Both the position numbers and the translations under genes were made by a program. Below, piece after piece: positions 11,019-24,151 of a DNA stretch of 64,000 nucleotides (positions within the stretch are counted from its first letter, which is position 1; each line of letters starts with the position of its first letter). Origin of the DNA: Raillietiella orientalis (Eukaryota); contig JAYWIR010000049.1 in assembly GCA_036172245.1 (NCBI GenBank), positions 62,001 to 126,000 on the forward strand. The letters run 5' to 3'. The notes below the pieces were generated by a model. The model did not search any database, was not told the origin of the DNA, and was given only the letters and a program-made list of their open reading frames with translations.

Positions 11019-14000
11019 CCACCCGGATACGCCAAGACGTTTATTAAAAACATTTCGACAGTCAATACAGAACGTGGTACAAGGCCCCACTGACGGCCAC
11101 GCAATACCGGAACTGCCGGGACACCGGGACGCAGCCCGGTGTGGCTGTTCTCGGCCGTGGAGAGGGATGGGGGAGAAAACAAAAATAAAATAAAAGAGAA
11201 AAACAAACCACAAACAAAAAAGTTTGGAGGGCCGGAAAGGGATCACAGAAAACTGCAGGGAGCGCCCATCCTTTCCAGGATGCCTTCTAGTTCCATTTTC
11301 AGTTTTCCTAGATGGGGCCATCGGGTAGCTCTCTGCAAGAAGCGAGAAGCATACTCGATGACGTCTCTCACGATGCAGTCTTCATCTTCGGCATCACTCC
11401 AGGCCGCCACGATACCACGAATGCAGCAAAGTGCTGCCAGGGCTGCGGCTGGACTGAGAGCGTCCCGCACGAAGACAAGACTGAAGATACATTCAACGTT
11501 GCCACCATCCGGTATCCGGAGGGCCGTTTTAAGACGATCCCAAAGAATCTGGACGGCAGAGCATTCAACTAAGAAGTGGGGGAGCGACTCCCGCTCCCCA
11601 CACCTGGCACACGCAGGATTTACACTTCCCTGCGTCCAGTGGAAGCGGCGCGCGTTGCAGGGTAGACCCCAATGCAGCCACAGAAGCGCCGATTCTTGCC
11701 AATTCAGGGGAAGAATCCTGGATCCAAGTAGAACCGGTAGCCACTTCAGGTCATCCAATCGAATGCCGACCAGCTCGCCCCATCTTCTTAATCCACGCGT
11801 CTGGAGACTAGGGGTCGTTGCATCTGTCAACTCTCCCATGGTCCAGCCGCTCATCATCTTCTCTCTGCCTGCGATACGGCAGCACACTTGCCACCTTGCC
11901 TTCCGGCTTCTGTGAAGCGCCCTTTGGAGGAAGGGCATCGCCGTAACAAGGGGTGTGCCTTCCGCCCACGTGCAACTCGGTGGAAATTCGAGAATTTCAC
12001 GGAGAGTTCGGCGGGCGTAAAAGCCGACTTGCAGGCAGTTCATCCGGTCTTCGCACCTCTGGTTCTGCTTGGCCCAGGTGCCAGCAGTCTCTTCCAGCCC
12101 AGCGGAGGAGTTGACGAGGCCACAAACCATCCAGTCGTTCTCCTTTGCCAGGGTTGCCATGCGGCCGAACAGTAGACCGCATCATCAAATCTTCCGGCCA
12201 GGGCACAGAAGAAACGATGCAAGTCCTTCGCAGCGGGACACACGCCTGGGCAGGAGGCGGGCCGGAATGCACCAAGCGGTGCTCCACATCATCGCTGCGA
12301 TGGCGAGGGTCCGCCATCGCAGCTGGGTTTCTACGCATTCCAGCGTCAGGATGCTGAGACCGCCGTCGCACGCGGAGCGCACAAGTCCTTCAAAGGGAGT
12401 CGGGGCCTTTCCTTGCCCCAAAGAGGTATGCGGAGGAGATTCTTCGTCCGCTTTTTTGATTCCACGGGGGCGGGGCATTCAAAAAGCAAGGGGCGGAGGA
12501 TAGGGGCCGCGAAGGCGTTCCAACCCGCGGCCCGTTCTGGCAAGTGAAACTTGCCTTCCAGGAACGGGCCGATCGCCGTCTCGACTTTTTGGAGGCAGCT
12601 GGACCACGCTTCCGCAGGGGAGAAGTCCCCCAACGGCACACCAAGGTACTTGATGCACCTCACCATGTTGATCCCCAGACGAACCCAGTCCTGCTGCCCT
12701 GCCCACGCCTCACCAACTGGCATCACGGACGACTTCGCCCTGTTCACCGTAAGTCCGGTTCTCCGATGCAGGTGGTCGAAGAACTCCTCGACCGCCGCAG
12801 CCAAGGTGGTCATAGGGAGCAGCAGCAGTAGGTCGTCCGCGTATGCTGAAACGGCCGGCGAACCGGAACAGTCGTGCAACAGGTGCGCCAGAGTTCCCCT
12901 GTACGCTCTCAGTACCAACTCAAAGTAGGTACTGAAGAACAAGGGGCTCAGGTTGTCTCCCTGCCGAAACATACGCCGCACCGGCACGCCGTGCACGGTC
13001 TGCCCGCTGAAAGTAACGTGGATGAGCGCGTTGCGCCAGCAGGAGCGCAGATAGGTTACTAATGAGGCCGAGGAGCCTAAGCGTTCCAGAAGCTTCAGAA
13101 AAAGATTCTGGTCGACGCAATCGAATGCTTTCCGCAAGTCGATTGCGACCGCAAGGGCTCCCTCACCCACCAGACCATCAAACCCCTTGCCGGCGCACGC
13201 ACCGAAATTCCTGCTGCGCACCAAACTCCTTTCATGTTGGGTCTCTAGCCAGGTGGAAGCGTGGAACGCGTTCGCCTCCTTTCTTCGCCCGGGAACAGCA
13301 CATGTCTGTTTCGGGCTGATGAAGATGTTGGCAACCCGTCTTAGACGCTCTGCCCAAACCGTTGGTAGCAACTTGGCGTCCGCATTCACTATTGCGATGA
13401 GACGCCGGTTGTTCATGCTCCTCAGATCTTTTCCCTTAGGGAGGAGCCGCACCTTTGCCGAACGAAACGAGGCGGGAACGTCACCTGTTTCGCGTATCAG
13501 CAAGGTGAGTTGCTGTGCCAAGGGGGTAAGCTCAGCCGCGAAAGGTTCATAAAGCTTTGCGGGCAGGCCGTCCTCCCCTGGAGCCTTGCGCCTCTTGAGC
13601 TTTCCGATGGCCGAGAGGAACTCGTCTATCTAGAAAGTCTCGACGAGGGTATATCTCTGCTCCTCACCGATCGCTGGAGCGTCTTCCGGAAGCAGGAGTC
13701 GTGAGTCCTTCCTCTCCGGAGGTGCCCTGGCATACAGGGAGGAGTAGTAACTCCGCAGCAGGCCGCGGATTTGGGCAGGTGCCGACTGCTCCTGGCCCTG
13801 ATCGTCCAGCACACTGGCCGATCCGGACTGCCAGACTTGCCTCTCGCCTTCCGCTCTGTATTCCGTCAGCCTGCGGATGTCGGGTGTCCTAACGTAACGT
13901 CGAGCCTGCAGATAGGCTCGTTTGTTACGTACGCCGTCACCAAATCCCGCAGGTAGGCGGTGCAGAGGGAGCTGGTCGCAGAACTTCTGGACCGACCGCT

Positions 14001-16243
14001 TGAAGGGGTCCCAATCCTGGAATGTCCGCAGCATGAAGCTCCGCATGAACGTGCGGAGATGTTCCGCAGCGTCCGGAAGCTTCAGTCAGTGCCCTGGCAA
14101 ACGCCACTCTGACGGGGGGGGCCTCTGTCGCGCGGATGGACTCCGAGGACCAGCGGGCGATGGTCGGACAGCTCGCAGGGTAACTTGCCGCGCATGCCCA
14201 CGCGAGGGCACAGGTGCTTGTCAAGAAACACGTGGTAAATGCTGTCTTCCATCCCAGGTGCACTTGCCAACAGATTACAGGTGTGCACCGCCATGCGCAC
14301 CTCGTTGACCAGGTGACGCTCGGGATTCTGCCCATCTGGTTTCAGGCGAACGTCGAAATCGCCTGCAAGGTCGTAGGATTTTAGATGGGCGGCCATGTCT
14401 CGTCTCCTGCCGAAGGCTGTCATGCCGTTCACGTTTCAAACGGCGATGCGCAGACGACGGCGGGAAAAGATTCCCGGCATTACTGCTGGGAAGATTAAGG
14501 TTTGGGGGAGCCCGCCTCTTGCGAGGCGGACAGGATGTCCATTGAGGTTTCGGCCTTCTCAGGCACCTGAGGCACCTTCTCGACCTCCACCCCCTCCATC
14601 CCCTCCGTGTCCGTGCGTGAGATTGTCTCGAGCGACGGATCCCGAGAGTTTCCCACGCTCATGGCACCCTCGCTTGAGGAAGCCATCTCTTCCCCTTCGA
14701 CGGGTGGACGAGCTTCCTTGGCTTTGTGGACTTACGTCGAGGCTTCTTGCGCGGCGCCGTGGATACGGAAGCTGCTCTTCCGGCTTCCACCTCTGGGTAG
14801 AAAGTGGGGGACTCCTGAGGGGAGGCCGGACGCCTTACAGCCTTCTTACCAGCCTTGGAGGGTTCTGGCTGCAACGAGGCTGCCAGCTCCTCCGCGGCTC
14901 TCGCGAAGGCTACGTCATCGATGGTGGTGTCCATGACGCACGCGGCCGCCGGCTCGCTCCTTTCGCTGTTGACAAAATCAGCAGAGGTGAGGTCGTCGGT
15001 AGCGACGAGTTCATTCTGGCAGCGGTCGGGAATACGGTCGACGACAACGCTGCATTCTTTAATTTGCTCGCTTGACTGCTGTTTTTTCTGGCGGTACGCG
15101 AGCTTTTTCTCCATCCTCCTCTGCTTATTTGATTTTTTGGCCGTAGCCACCTGCCACCCAGGCTCCTGGCTAGTTCCCTCGACTTGTTCGGCGTTGTTCG
15201 CCGGGGTCTTGGGTGCGGCTTGGGCCCTGGGCGCGGGCGGCACAGCTTTCGCGGCAGCTTTCGCCGCCAGCCTTTTCTGCAGAAGCCAGGAGCGTTTTTT
15301 AAGGTTTCTCTAGGAAAACACCCGCACTGCTGCTTTAGGGCACACTTCCTTCGTGTGACTGATTGTGCCGAATACTTGGCACTGCACTTTGGGACACCTC
15401 TTTTCGAGGTGGCCCGACGTATTGCAGAAGCCACAGTATTTCGGCTTCCCCACATACCGGAGGTCGACGGTTTCGCCTTCGACCTCCAGTTACTGGGGAA
15501 CAGTGGAGCCCTCCCGAACGGTCACGCGCGCAGCCGTGAGGCCGTGTTGCATTCCTCGAAAGGACTAACTTTCGTCCACTGCGCATGGACCGTTCCGTAT
15601 TCCTCCAACGCGGCGCGAACCTGTCGCTTGCGCATCCGCGCGGTAACACCTAACAGGTGGACCACCATGCTGCGATCCTCCGTATTTGGAAGGAGTCTGC
15701 GCGTCCCCATCACCACGGGGGTTTTAAGCAGTCGCTAGGCCAGCTCTGCATGTTTGCAGATGACCTCAACGTACTGACCCCCGCTGCGCATGGTCATAGC
15801 GCTGAGCTCCTCCTCTTTCACATCGAGAGCGCGCATGCCCTTCGAGACGGCGCGCGCGCTCTTTAAAGAATATAAATTGCCTACCTTGTAGAACAATGAG
15901 GGGTTGTACCCCTCCTCTACATAGGCTGACAATTACGATGCGGCTGCAGGCGTTGGCGCCGACACAACGGCGCTCCACGCCCGCGCTGCAGCGGGGACCG
16001 ATTCTGTGGGGGCGGATGCCCCCACCTCCATCGCCTCTTGGGACGACGTTTCCGCCGCCCCCTGGCTCTCCATCGCCTCTGAGGGCGGCATTGCCGCTGC
16101 CTCCTGGCCATCCCTGGTGGTCGCGTCAGGCATTGCTGCCTGATAGACCACCGAACCACACGATGCTAGCACTAGGTAAAACTTCCTGGCACGAGGAGCA
16201 CCGAGAAAGCACATCCACCCTGGAGCACGCAAGGCGGTCGACT
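11019..16243 (-). mobile_element. Chimeric element: lineage-A 5' part (ORF1 16133-14495, EN, RT) fused to a B-type 3' part (stop 11243)
   Basis: ORF 12346-13521 is A-like up to KYLG and then has B-type IGPFLEGKFHLPE. The 5' junction is A-type and the 3' junction B-type. There is an EN internal deletion at ~14365. Confidence 0.8.
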
Positions 16244-18331
16244 ACGTCGACCAGGATCTCCTTCTGGAGCTCCTGTAACGCATGGGGTTCCCGTCCGTGC
16301 TCCGGTCTTACCTGCGCTCCTGCTGGCTCAATGCGTATATCAATATTGGTTTCAGCGTCCGGCACGTGTACGGCGTGCCAGTGCGCCGCGGCATCCGGCA
16401 GGGTGACACCCTGAGTCCCTTGCTCTTCAGCATCTACTTCGAGTTGGTGCTGAGGGCATACAGGGTAACTCTGGCAACTCTGCCGAGCTCGTGTGACGGC
16501 ATGCCTGCCGGGTCGGCCTATGCAGACGATCTTCTGCTGCTGCTTCCAGGGTCCAACCCGGCGAGTGCGCTCGAGGACTTCTTCGAGTTGTTGCGCCGCG
16601 GGACGGGCCTGGAGGTGAGCAGGTCGGAGTCGTCCATGGTCTTTGTCTGTTCGGCGAGGGCTGGAGGGTAGGACTGGATCCGCTTGGATATCCCCACGAG
16701 CAGGTGCTTCAAGTGCCTTGGCGTTCCGTGGAGGGACTTCTGCGCAGCAGAAGCCTGGTCCGACCATCTCCAAAAGGCAGCTTGGGCGATCGGTCGGTTC
16801 CAAGAGAGCAAGTTCTACTTGCAGGTACAAGCCGCGGTGTGGAACGCGTTTGCGGCCTTCCTCCTTCGCCCCTTACTTTTTGTGTGTCGCCCCTCATTTT
16901 GTTCGGAAAAGAGCAGCGGGCCTTCTGAGGACAGTCCTTTGGGGCAAAGGGAGGTCCCGTGTGAGGCTCAAAGACTTGTGCGCTCCACGTAAGGACGGTG
17001 GTCTCGTGGAACTTACGCTGGAGCGCATGGAACTGCAACTGCAATTCAGGATTCTCGCCCTCGCGGCCGAATCGTAAGACACGCCTTGGTGCGTTCCAGC
17101 ACGCCTCTTGGCCCAACGAGCCGTCGGATCCGGCGGACTTTTGTCGTTTCTGTCTGCGCGCGTCTGCAGAAGAGCACACTGTGGCTCTATGCTGCGACGC
17201 ATCTTCGTTGCGGTTCGGGAGAAAGCCTGGATCTCCTGCCTCCCAGGGAACTACTCTGCCTTGTTGCACGAGTCAGTCTCCAGCTGGGAAAACATCCACG
17301 TCCCGGCGGGCACAAGGGACACTTGCCTAAAAAGGCACGCCCACTGGACGCTGAAGAAGATCGTGCAGTCCAACGACAAGCTTCTGTGGGCCTTGAGAAC
17401 CCCCTTCGCCCCAGTGCTGCCTTTCCTTGTGGATGCCAGGGACAGTAGCGAGCAGGGGAAATGGACCGTGTCCTGCACCATAGGCGGCAGGACACAATCG
17501 ATAAAGGCGTGGACATCTCGGCAGCTAGCGGATGCTGCTACTCCGAGTGTCCCGCTCAACGGAATTCGACCCTGGGTAGAGCTACTCGGACTTTCTCCGG
17601 AGGAGATGTAGTGGCCCCCAGCGTCCTGGAACAGTGGATTCCTACCCCTGAAATGGCAGGATGTGGCGTTGCTTGTGGTCCTCTGGGGATTACCATTCAA
17701 AGCACGCCTGCACCACACCACCCGGGGGCTGTGGATCCTAATTGTGACCGGTGTGGGGAAACAGAAACATTTCCCCACCTTCTCCTGGAGTGCAGAGTCG
17801 TCCGCCCTTTGTGGGATCGTTTCGCGGCGATCCTGGACTTGCGCGGATGCTGTCTAAAGGACTTTTTAAGGCGCCTCTTCTGTAGTGAAGCCTCGTCCCC
17901 GCCCGCTAGTGTAGCAGTCCTCTGCTGCATCAGAGGAATAGTGGCGGCTTCGAAAGCCACCAGAAGGAGGCGTCAGTTAATCGGCAACGCCTTACACTGG
18001 ACTCCCCTTTTCGCGCGCAATGTCTGCAAGTGGCGCCACTAAGGCGCTGAAAGGACTTAGCTTGTGCGGATCCTGAACAGGATCTAGAGGACCTGTCCAC
18101 GCGCACCGTGATCCCTTCACCGCCCTCCCACCCTACAACATTTGTTCCCCTCCCCCCACATTTGAGCTTTTTGTTTTTATTTATTTCGCATCCCCGCGCA
18201 TCGGAAGGACCTCTCCGGCATGGAGCCGGTAACCAGCAAGCTGTTTTGGAGTGGTGAACCTTCGAGTTCGCCACGCGACATTTCAAGGAATTTTTATTTC
18301 AAAGAAATAAATGCCCCGGCACATCCGGGTG
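16244..18331 (+). mobile_element. 3' half of a lineage-D element (D1), RT to 3' terminus
   Basis: QGDTLSP, YADD, CDRCGETETFPHLLLEC; terminus AATAAATGCCCCGGCACATCCGGGTG at 18306-18331. Confidence 0.85.
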
Positions 18332-20699
18332 TAAATCGCGACGGCGCGCGTCACCACGGACGACCGGAGGCTCATGCCTTCGCAGATCCTCCTCGGCGAC
18401 GTCGTCGTCTATCTCCGGTTTGCCGGGCAAACCCCCGCTTGCGGCAACTGCGGGAAGGAGGGTCACCGTCCACGGAAGTGCCCAACACGCAGTTGCCGAT
18501 ACTGTAAGCTGCTCAATCACTCGATTAACGAGTGCGTCGACATAAAAAGAAAAAGAAGGGCGAGAAACCTCCCTGCAACATCGCCGTCCACGCCGACTTT
18601 ATCCGCCATGTTCTCGGGGAAGAAATCAGGCGCGAACGAGGATTCGCAGCGAAGTGAAAAGTCCGCTTCCGCGGGCGATTCTCGGAGCAATACTCTACAA
18701 AAACCCGCGCGAAAGGACAAGAAGCTTCTTCAGGCTGCTTCAAGAAACCCCCGAGCGACCCAGCCCGGAGGGAAATCGCGGTTGCACGTCCGGGAAGCCC
18801 ACCGGATCGTCAAAAAAGGGGTCGCGCGCCCCTTTGCCCGCGACAGGTAAGCCGGCCACGGCGGGCCGCACGCCACCAAAGGCCGAAAAGCCTCGCATGA
18901 CCTAAAATCCCGCCACTCTGCCCGCACCTTCCGGTAAGGAGGTGCAAAATGCAGACGTGGCGAAGAAGACACTGGCCTCCCTTGCCGTATCCGAGGCCTT
19001 GGAAAGGATGCGAAGGACCCTGGAAGCCCTCGCGCCCAACCAAGGCAAACCGGAAGGCGGCGAGGATGGCTGGACCTTCGTCGAGGGAAAGAAGGAGCGC
19101 AAACCGCGCGATCCTTCCCACTTCCCTATCAAAAAGGTAGGCGGGGTGAAGAGGCAACCCCGCGCGCCCAGAAAGGCGCAAGGAAAAGCCTCTGTTGACG
19201 CTGCGCGCGCCGCCGCAAACACCTGCGGCGAGAGGGGAGCCGCCAAAGGCGTGACCCCGAAAGGGGGATCCGCGACGAAGGCACCCTCTCAGAGTGCTGG
19301 ACCAGCTCCGGGCTGCCAGCAAAAAAAGAGGCAGGCGAAACGCCCGCCGCGCACGCGCGATTCAGACTCCGAGGTAGAGTCCGAGAACAGCGCTAAGGCT
19401 CGCCAAGCCCCGTTCAAGGCCAGGGCTGTGCGCAAGCCAAAACTTGCCAGGCAAGAGCCTGATGCCCGGAACGGTTCCCGATGCTCCTCGGAGCATGAGG
19501 CAATAATCCACGACTCCACCGAGCCAGCCGCGAGCGGCGCGGCGGGGACAGGAAGCGCTTGCGCTACCTCATCCGCCGTGCTGCCGGCTGATGCCTCGCT
19601 GGACGGGCAGAGGAACGCACCTCCATGTCCGTAGTGGCAATGCGCGGTCTCACTTCTTCCCGTCGCGTCCGAGTGGCCTGTTGGAACGTCAAGGGACTGC
19701 AGGACAACGAGAAGAGGGGACTGGTTGCCAACGTCTTGCGCGACTTCGATCTGGCCCTGCTGCAGGAGATTCACGCACTCTCCGTGCAGCAAGCTGCCGA
19801 TCTGCAAGTTCGCGCAGGAGACACGCTCCATTGGAGGTCAGGCTCCCAGAATACCTGCGGAGACGCATTCCTTGTCCGGGGCAGGGTGGCGGGAGCTGTG
19901 CAAAACGTTTGTTTTGACGAGGAAGGTCGTGTGGGCCAACTTGTTCTCAAGTGGTCCGAATCGATCAACCTTGTCGTCACGAACGTGTACGCGCCGAGCG
20001 GCTTTGCGCGTCACACCGAGAAAGCGGAGTTTCACGAGAGACTGCGCGACCGCTGGGTCAGCAACTCCGGCCCCGACGTGGCTCACCTCGTAGACGGGGA
20101 CTTGGACGTCCACGCGCTATCGGAGGAGTCTCACCGTCGCCAAGAGAAACAGCTGGTGAACGAGGTGTGCACGTCGGTGCACGCCTCGAATTTGCTGGCC
20201 GACGATCCCGGGATGCGTGCTTTGCCGGACCATGTGTTCCTCGACGATCACCTGCATTGTCGGGTGGGTCGAAGAGCTCCCGTGCCGTCCGAGCTTTCCG
20301 ACCACTACAGGCTGGAGTTTGAGCTATTCTTGCCTGGCAAGGGCCCTCCGACACACGTCTGGAGGTTGCCGGCCGACTGCCTGAGAAATCCGGTGGCTGC
20401 TAAGCACCTCCGCCAGCATCTCCGGACCTTGGCTGTTAGAATACTTGTGGACTGGGACGATCTGAAAGATTGGTCCGCGAGTTCTACAGCCGGTTTACCT
20501 TGCGCCTGCTTCCTTGAGGCTTCGGAAAAGGCGTGGCCAACTGCAGAGAGTTTCTGCAGGCCCGCCAATTCTCCCGATGCCCGGACGTCCGATACCTTGC
20601 AAAGTACAAGGCCAAGGCCGAGCGCCAGGTCTGGCAGTCAGGAGCGGCTTGTCTGCTCGACGACCAGGGCCTGGAGTGCTCGGGCGCGGTAGAAGTTTG
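18332..20699 (+). mobile_element. Internal piece of a lineage-E element (E1): ORF1 C-part (to 19634) plus ORF2 EN (ATG 19625)
   Basis: CGNCGKEGHRPRKC and CRYCKLLNHSINEC knuckles; WNVKG, LLQEIH, NVYAP, SDH. Confidence 0.85.
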
Positions 20700-23600
20700 T
20701 CAACCGGATATGCCGGGGCATTTATAATTCTAATTTTTTACAAAAATTAGATAATAAAGTCTTTAAAAAGATGTTTTCTGCGGAGAAACACTGGGTTCTT
20801 TCACCTTACATGACGTGTCGGTTGCCGGTGCATAGACCGGTTAGGTCGATTCTCCAGGCGCATGGGAAGGGAAAACTACAACAAAAACAAACAAAAAGAG
20901 AGATAACGGGAAGGGAAACAGTTATATGGGGAGAAGCAGGGAAGGGATCACTGGGCGCCAGGGTCGGTCCTCCGCATCCTCTTGAGGATGCAGTCAAGTT
21001 CGGTTTTTATTGTGAAAAGTAGACGCCACCTTGTCGCCGTCTCTAAAGAGATCTTCATCCAGTGGATGGCGTCTTTGCATCTTGGGCCTCTTCTTCTGGC
21101 ATGCCACCTTTGCACAATGCCGCGCACGCAGCAGAGGACTGCTAAAGACGCAGCGGGGAGCAGGCCGTCACGCAGAAAGAGTCGACGGTAAATTTCCTTA
21201 GGGTCGCCTACTGGAAGATGGAGGATTGGGGCGATTCGACTCCGGAGTGCATCCAGGGCGACACACTCGAGGGTGAGATGCATGAAGGTTTCTCTTTCTC
21301 CGCACTTGACACAGCGGTCATCCACATTCCCCAGTGTCCAGTGAGACAGGCGTGCTCTGCTTAACAGTCCCCAGTTCAGAAATAGCAACGCCGTCCCCTG
21401 CTACTTCAACGGAAGTGTGCCGCAATCCCAACACGCTGGGGGCCACTTCACCTCCTCCGGAGGTATCGCGAGCAGCTCTCCATAGCGCGCAAGTCCGTGA
21501 GGCGGGACGCTCGGTGTGGGAGCGTCCGTGAGCTGCCGAGTCGTCCACGCCTTTAAAGGTTTTTTCCTGCCTCCGATGAGGCAAGACACTTCCCACGATG
21601 CCCGCTCGTTGCTGCTCCTAGTGTTTTTTAGTGAAGACAGAACGGGGGCAAGGGGGCTGGAAGAAGCCCACAGAAACTTCCGGGGCGTGTTGATAATCTC
21701 CTACAGCGGCTGTCGAGCGTGCGTTCCTCGTCGTAGGCAGTTGTATTCCGCCTCGCTCGTGCCGTTGATCTTAGCCCACGCGAAAGCTGACTGCTGAAGC
21801 CAGGCAGTGCAGTTCGCGGGGATCCAGGAGATCCAGGTATTCTCCCTCATCAGGGCGACCATCTGGCGCAAATCGGGACCACAGTTGGAGAGGCTGCGCT
21901 GGTAGGCCACGAGGATCGAGGACAATCCTTCGCAGCCGGTCGCTCTTCTGGCGAGGAGCCGTGCCGGATCGCACCATGGCGTCATCCATAAGCTGGCCGC
22001 AAGGGCTAACTTTCGAAGTGTTGTTTGTAGTTGGATGCGCTCCAACGTAAAGGGGCCAAAGCCACCATCCCTGCGTGGGGCGCACAAGTCTTTCAATCGG
22101 ACTCGCGACCTTGCTGTGCCCCAAAGGGCAGTCCTCAAGAGGGCTTTGGTCCGTCTCTGTATGATGGGAGGGGCGGGGCAAACAAAAAATAAAAGGCGAA
22201 GGAGGGGGGCCACGAACGCGTTCCACAACGCGGTCCGCTCCTGCAAGTAAAACTTGCCGTTCCGGAACGGGCCGATCGCCAACTCTACCTTTTGGAGACG
22301 CTCGGAACAGGCTTCTGCAACACAGAAGTCCCCAACGGAACGCCAAGGTACTTGAAGCACCTGCCCTTGGGGATCCCCAAGAGGATCCAGTTTGGCCATC
22401 CGGACCAAGCCGTATTGTTTGAAAGTAGTGGTGATGTTGGAACGATGGAAGATTTCTCTCTGTTCACCTCGAGGACCGTCCCGCGGCGTAACAACTCAAA
22501 GAAATCTTCGAGCGGCGACGCCAAGGTGGACCCGGGGAGCAGCAGCAGAAGCTCATCGGCGTAGGCCGACACGGCAGGCGTGCCGGGACACAAGCTTGGC
22601 AGGGTTGCCAGAGTCTCCCTGTATGCCCTCAGCACCAGCTCGAAATAGATGCTGAAGAGCAAGGGGCTCAGACTGTCACCCTGCCTTATGCCACGCCGAA
22701 CCGTCACGCCGTACAAGTGCCGGCCGCTGAAAGAGATCCAATCAGAGCGAAGCGACAGAAGGAGCGCAGGTTAGCTCGGAAGTCGGCCGGGAATCCCAAG
22801 CGTTCAAGGATCTCCAGAAAGAGTTCCTGGTCGACGCAATCGAACGCTTTACGCAGATCGACTGCGACCGCAAGGGCACCGGGCGCGTCTGTTCCATGAA
22901 GAACGTCTCCTCCCTGGTCAGAGGAGAATCCAGGATTCTCTTGTCCTTCCTGGTCTCCGCTTTGTTGCAACTGCCACCATGTACTGGCGAGGAACAGGAT
23001 GGCCTCCATGCTTCGTCCGGGAACAGCGTATGTCTGCTCCGGACTCACCACGGATTCCGCCACCCGTCCCAGTCGCTCAGCCCAAAGCTTGGCAAGCAAC
23101 TTCGCATCCGCATTCACTACTGTGATGGGACGCCAGTTGCCTACGTTGCGATTGCCTCCTCCTTTCGGCAGGAGACCTACTACAGCTGACCGGAACGATT
23201 TTGGGACGTCCCCTTGTTCTCGGATGAGCATGCAAAGCCGATGCACCAAAGGGGCCAGCTCCGCCACAAAGCCTTGGTAGAGCTCTGCGGGCAGACCGTT
23301 TTCACCTGGTGTTTTCCTCTTTCTGAGCTTTCCGATGGCGGAGACGATCTCCGCCATCGAGAAAGGCTCTTCGAGTTGATGTTTCTGCTCCTCCTGTAGC
23401 GCGGGGGCGCCTTGCTGCAGCAAGCGCTGCGCCACTGCGCGCTCTGTTGTTCTACGCGCGTACAAAACGGAGTAATAGTCCCGCAGGATGCGGTTTCTCT
23501 TCGCCGGAGCTCAGCATTCCTGACCTTGGGCGTCCAGCATGCTTGCCGATTCGGATTACCAGGTAAGTCGCAAATACCCAGCTTTATACTTCGCCAGGCG

Positions 23601-24097
23601 TCCAACTTCGGGAGTCCTAGAGTAAAGACGGGCGTATTGGTATGCCCGGTCGTTCTTCAGCCCTTCACCTAAACCTAGAGATAGACGGTTCTGGGGAAAC
23701 TGGTTGCAGAACTCGCGGACTGAGCTCTTTAAGTCGTCCCAGTCCGCGAGCGACTGCAGATGGAAGCCTAGCAGGAATGAGCGAAGATGTTGCGCTTCTC
23801 CTGCGAGGCGCAACCAGTCCCCTGACAAACGCCACGCTGTGGAGGGTGGACCTCTACCACGCGAGTGTATTTGAAGCACGAGCCGGGAATGGTCGGAAAG
23901 TACGGATGGCACTGCCCCACGATTTCCCACCCGCGAACACAGGTGGTTGTCGAGGAACATGTGGTTGATCCTCGTCTCCGTCCCGGCGTCACCGGCCAAC
24001 AAGTTGCGCGCGTGCATGGCAGCGCACATCTCGTTGACCAGCTGTGCGCGAATGTCGGGCGCACCTGCCACCAGGCGAACGTTAATGTCCCCGGCAA
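20700..24097 (-). mobile_element. Lineage-I element, ORF2 from mid-EN to 3' terminus (stop 20948)
   Basis: AGDINV, SDH, NWRPIT, DLRKAFD, QGDSLSP, YADE, CVKCGERETFMHLTLEC; hairpin terminus at 20700-20726. Confidence 0.85.
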
Positions 24098-24110
24098 AGA
24101 AAGGACTTTA

Positions 24111-24151
24111 ACAGTTCCCTGTGCAACGTCTGTCCCGGGGAATCGGCGTTA
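24111..24151 (+). pseudogene. About 40-nt remnant of the host ORF2 into which B4 inserted
   Basis: Reads QFPVQRLSRGIG and is nearly the reverse complement of 8265-8305. Confidence 0.7.
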
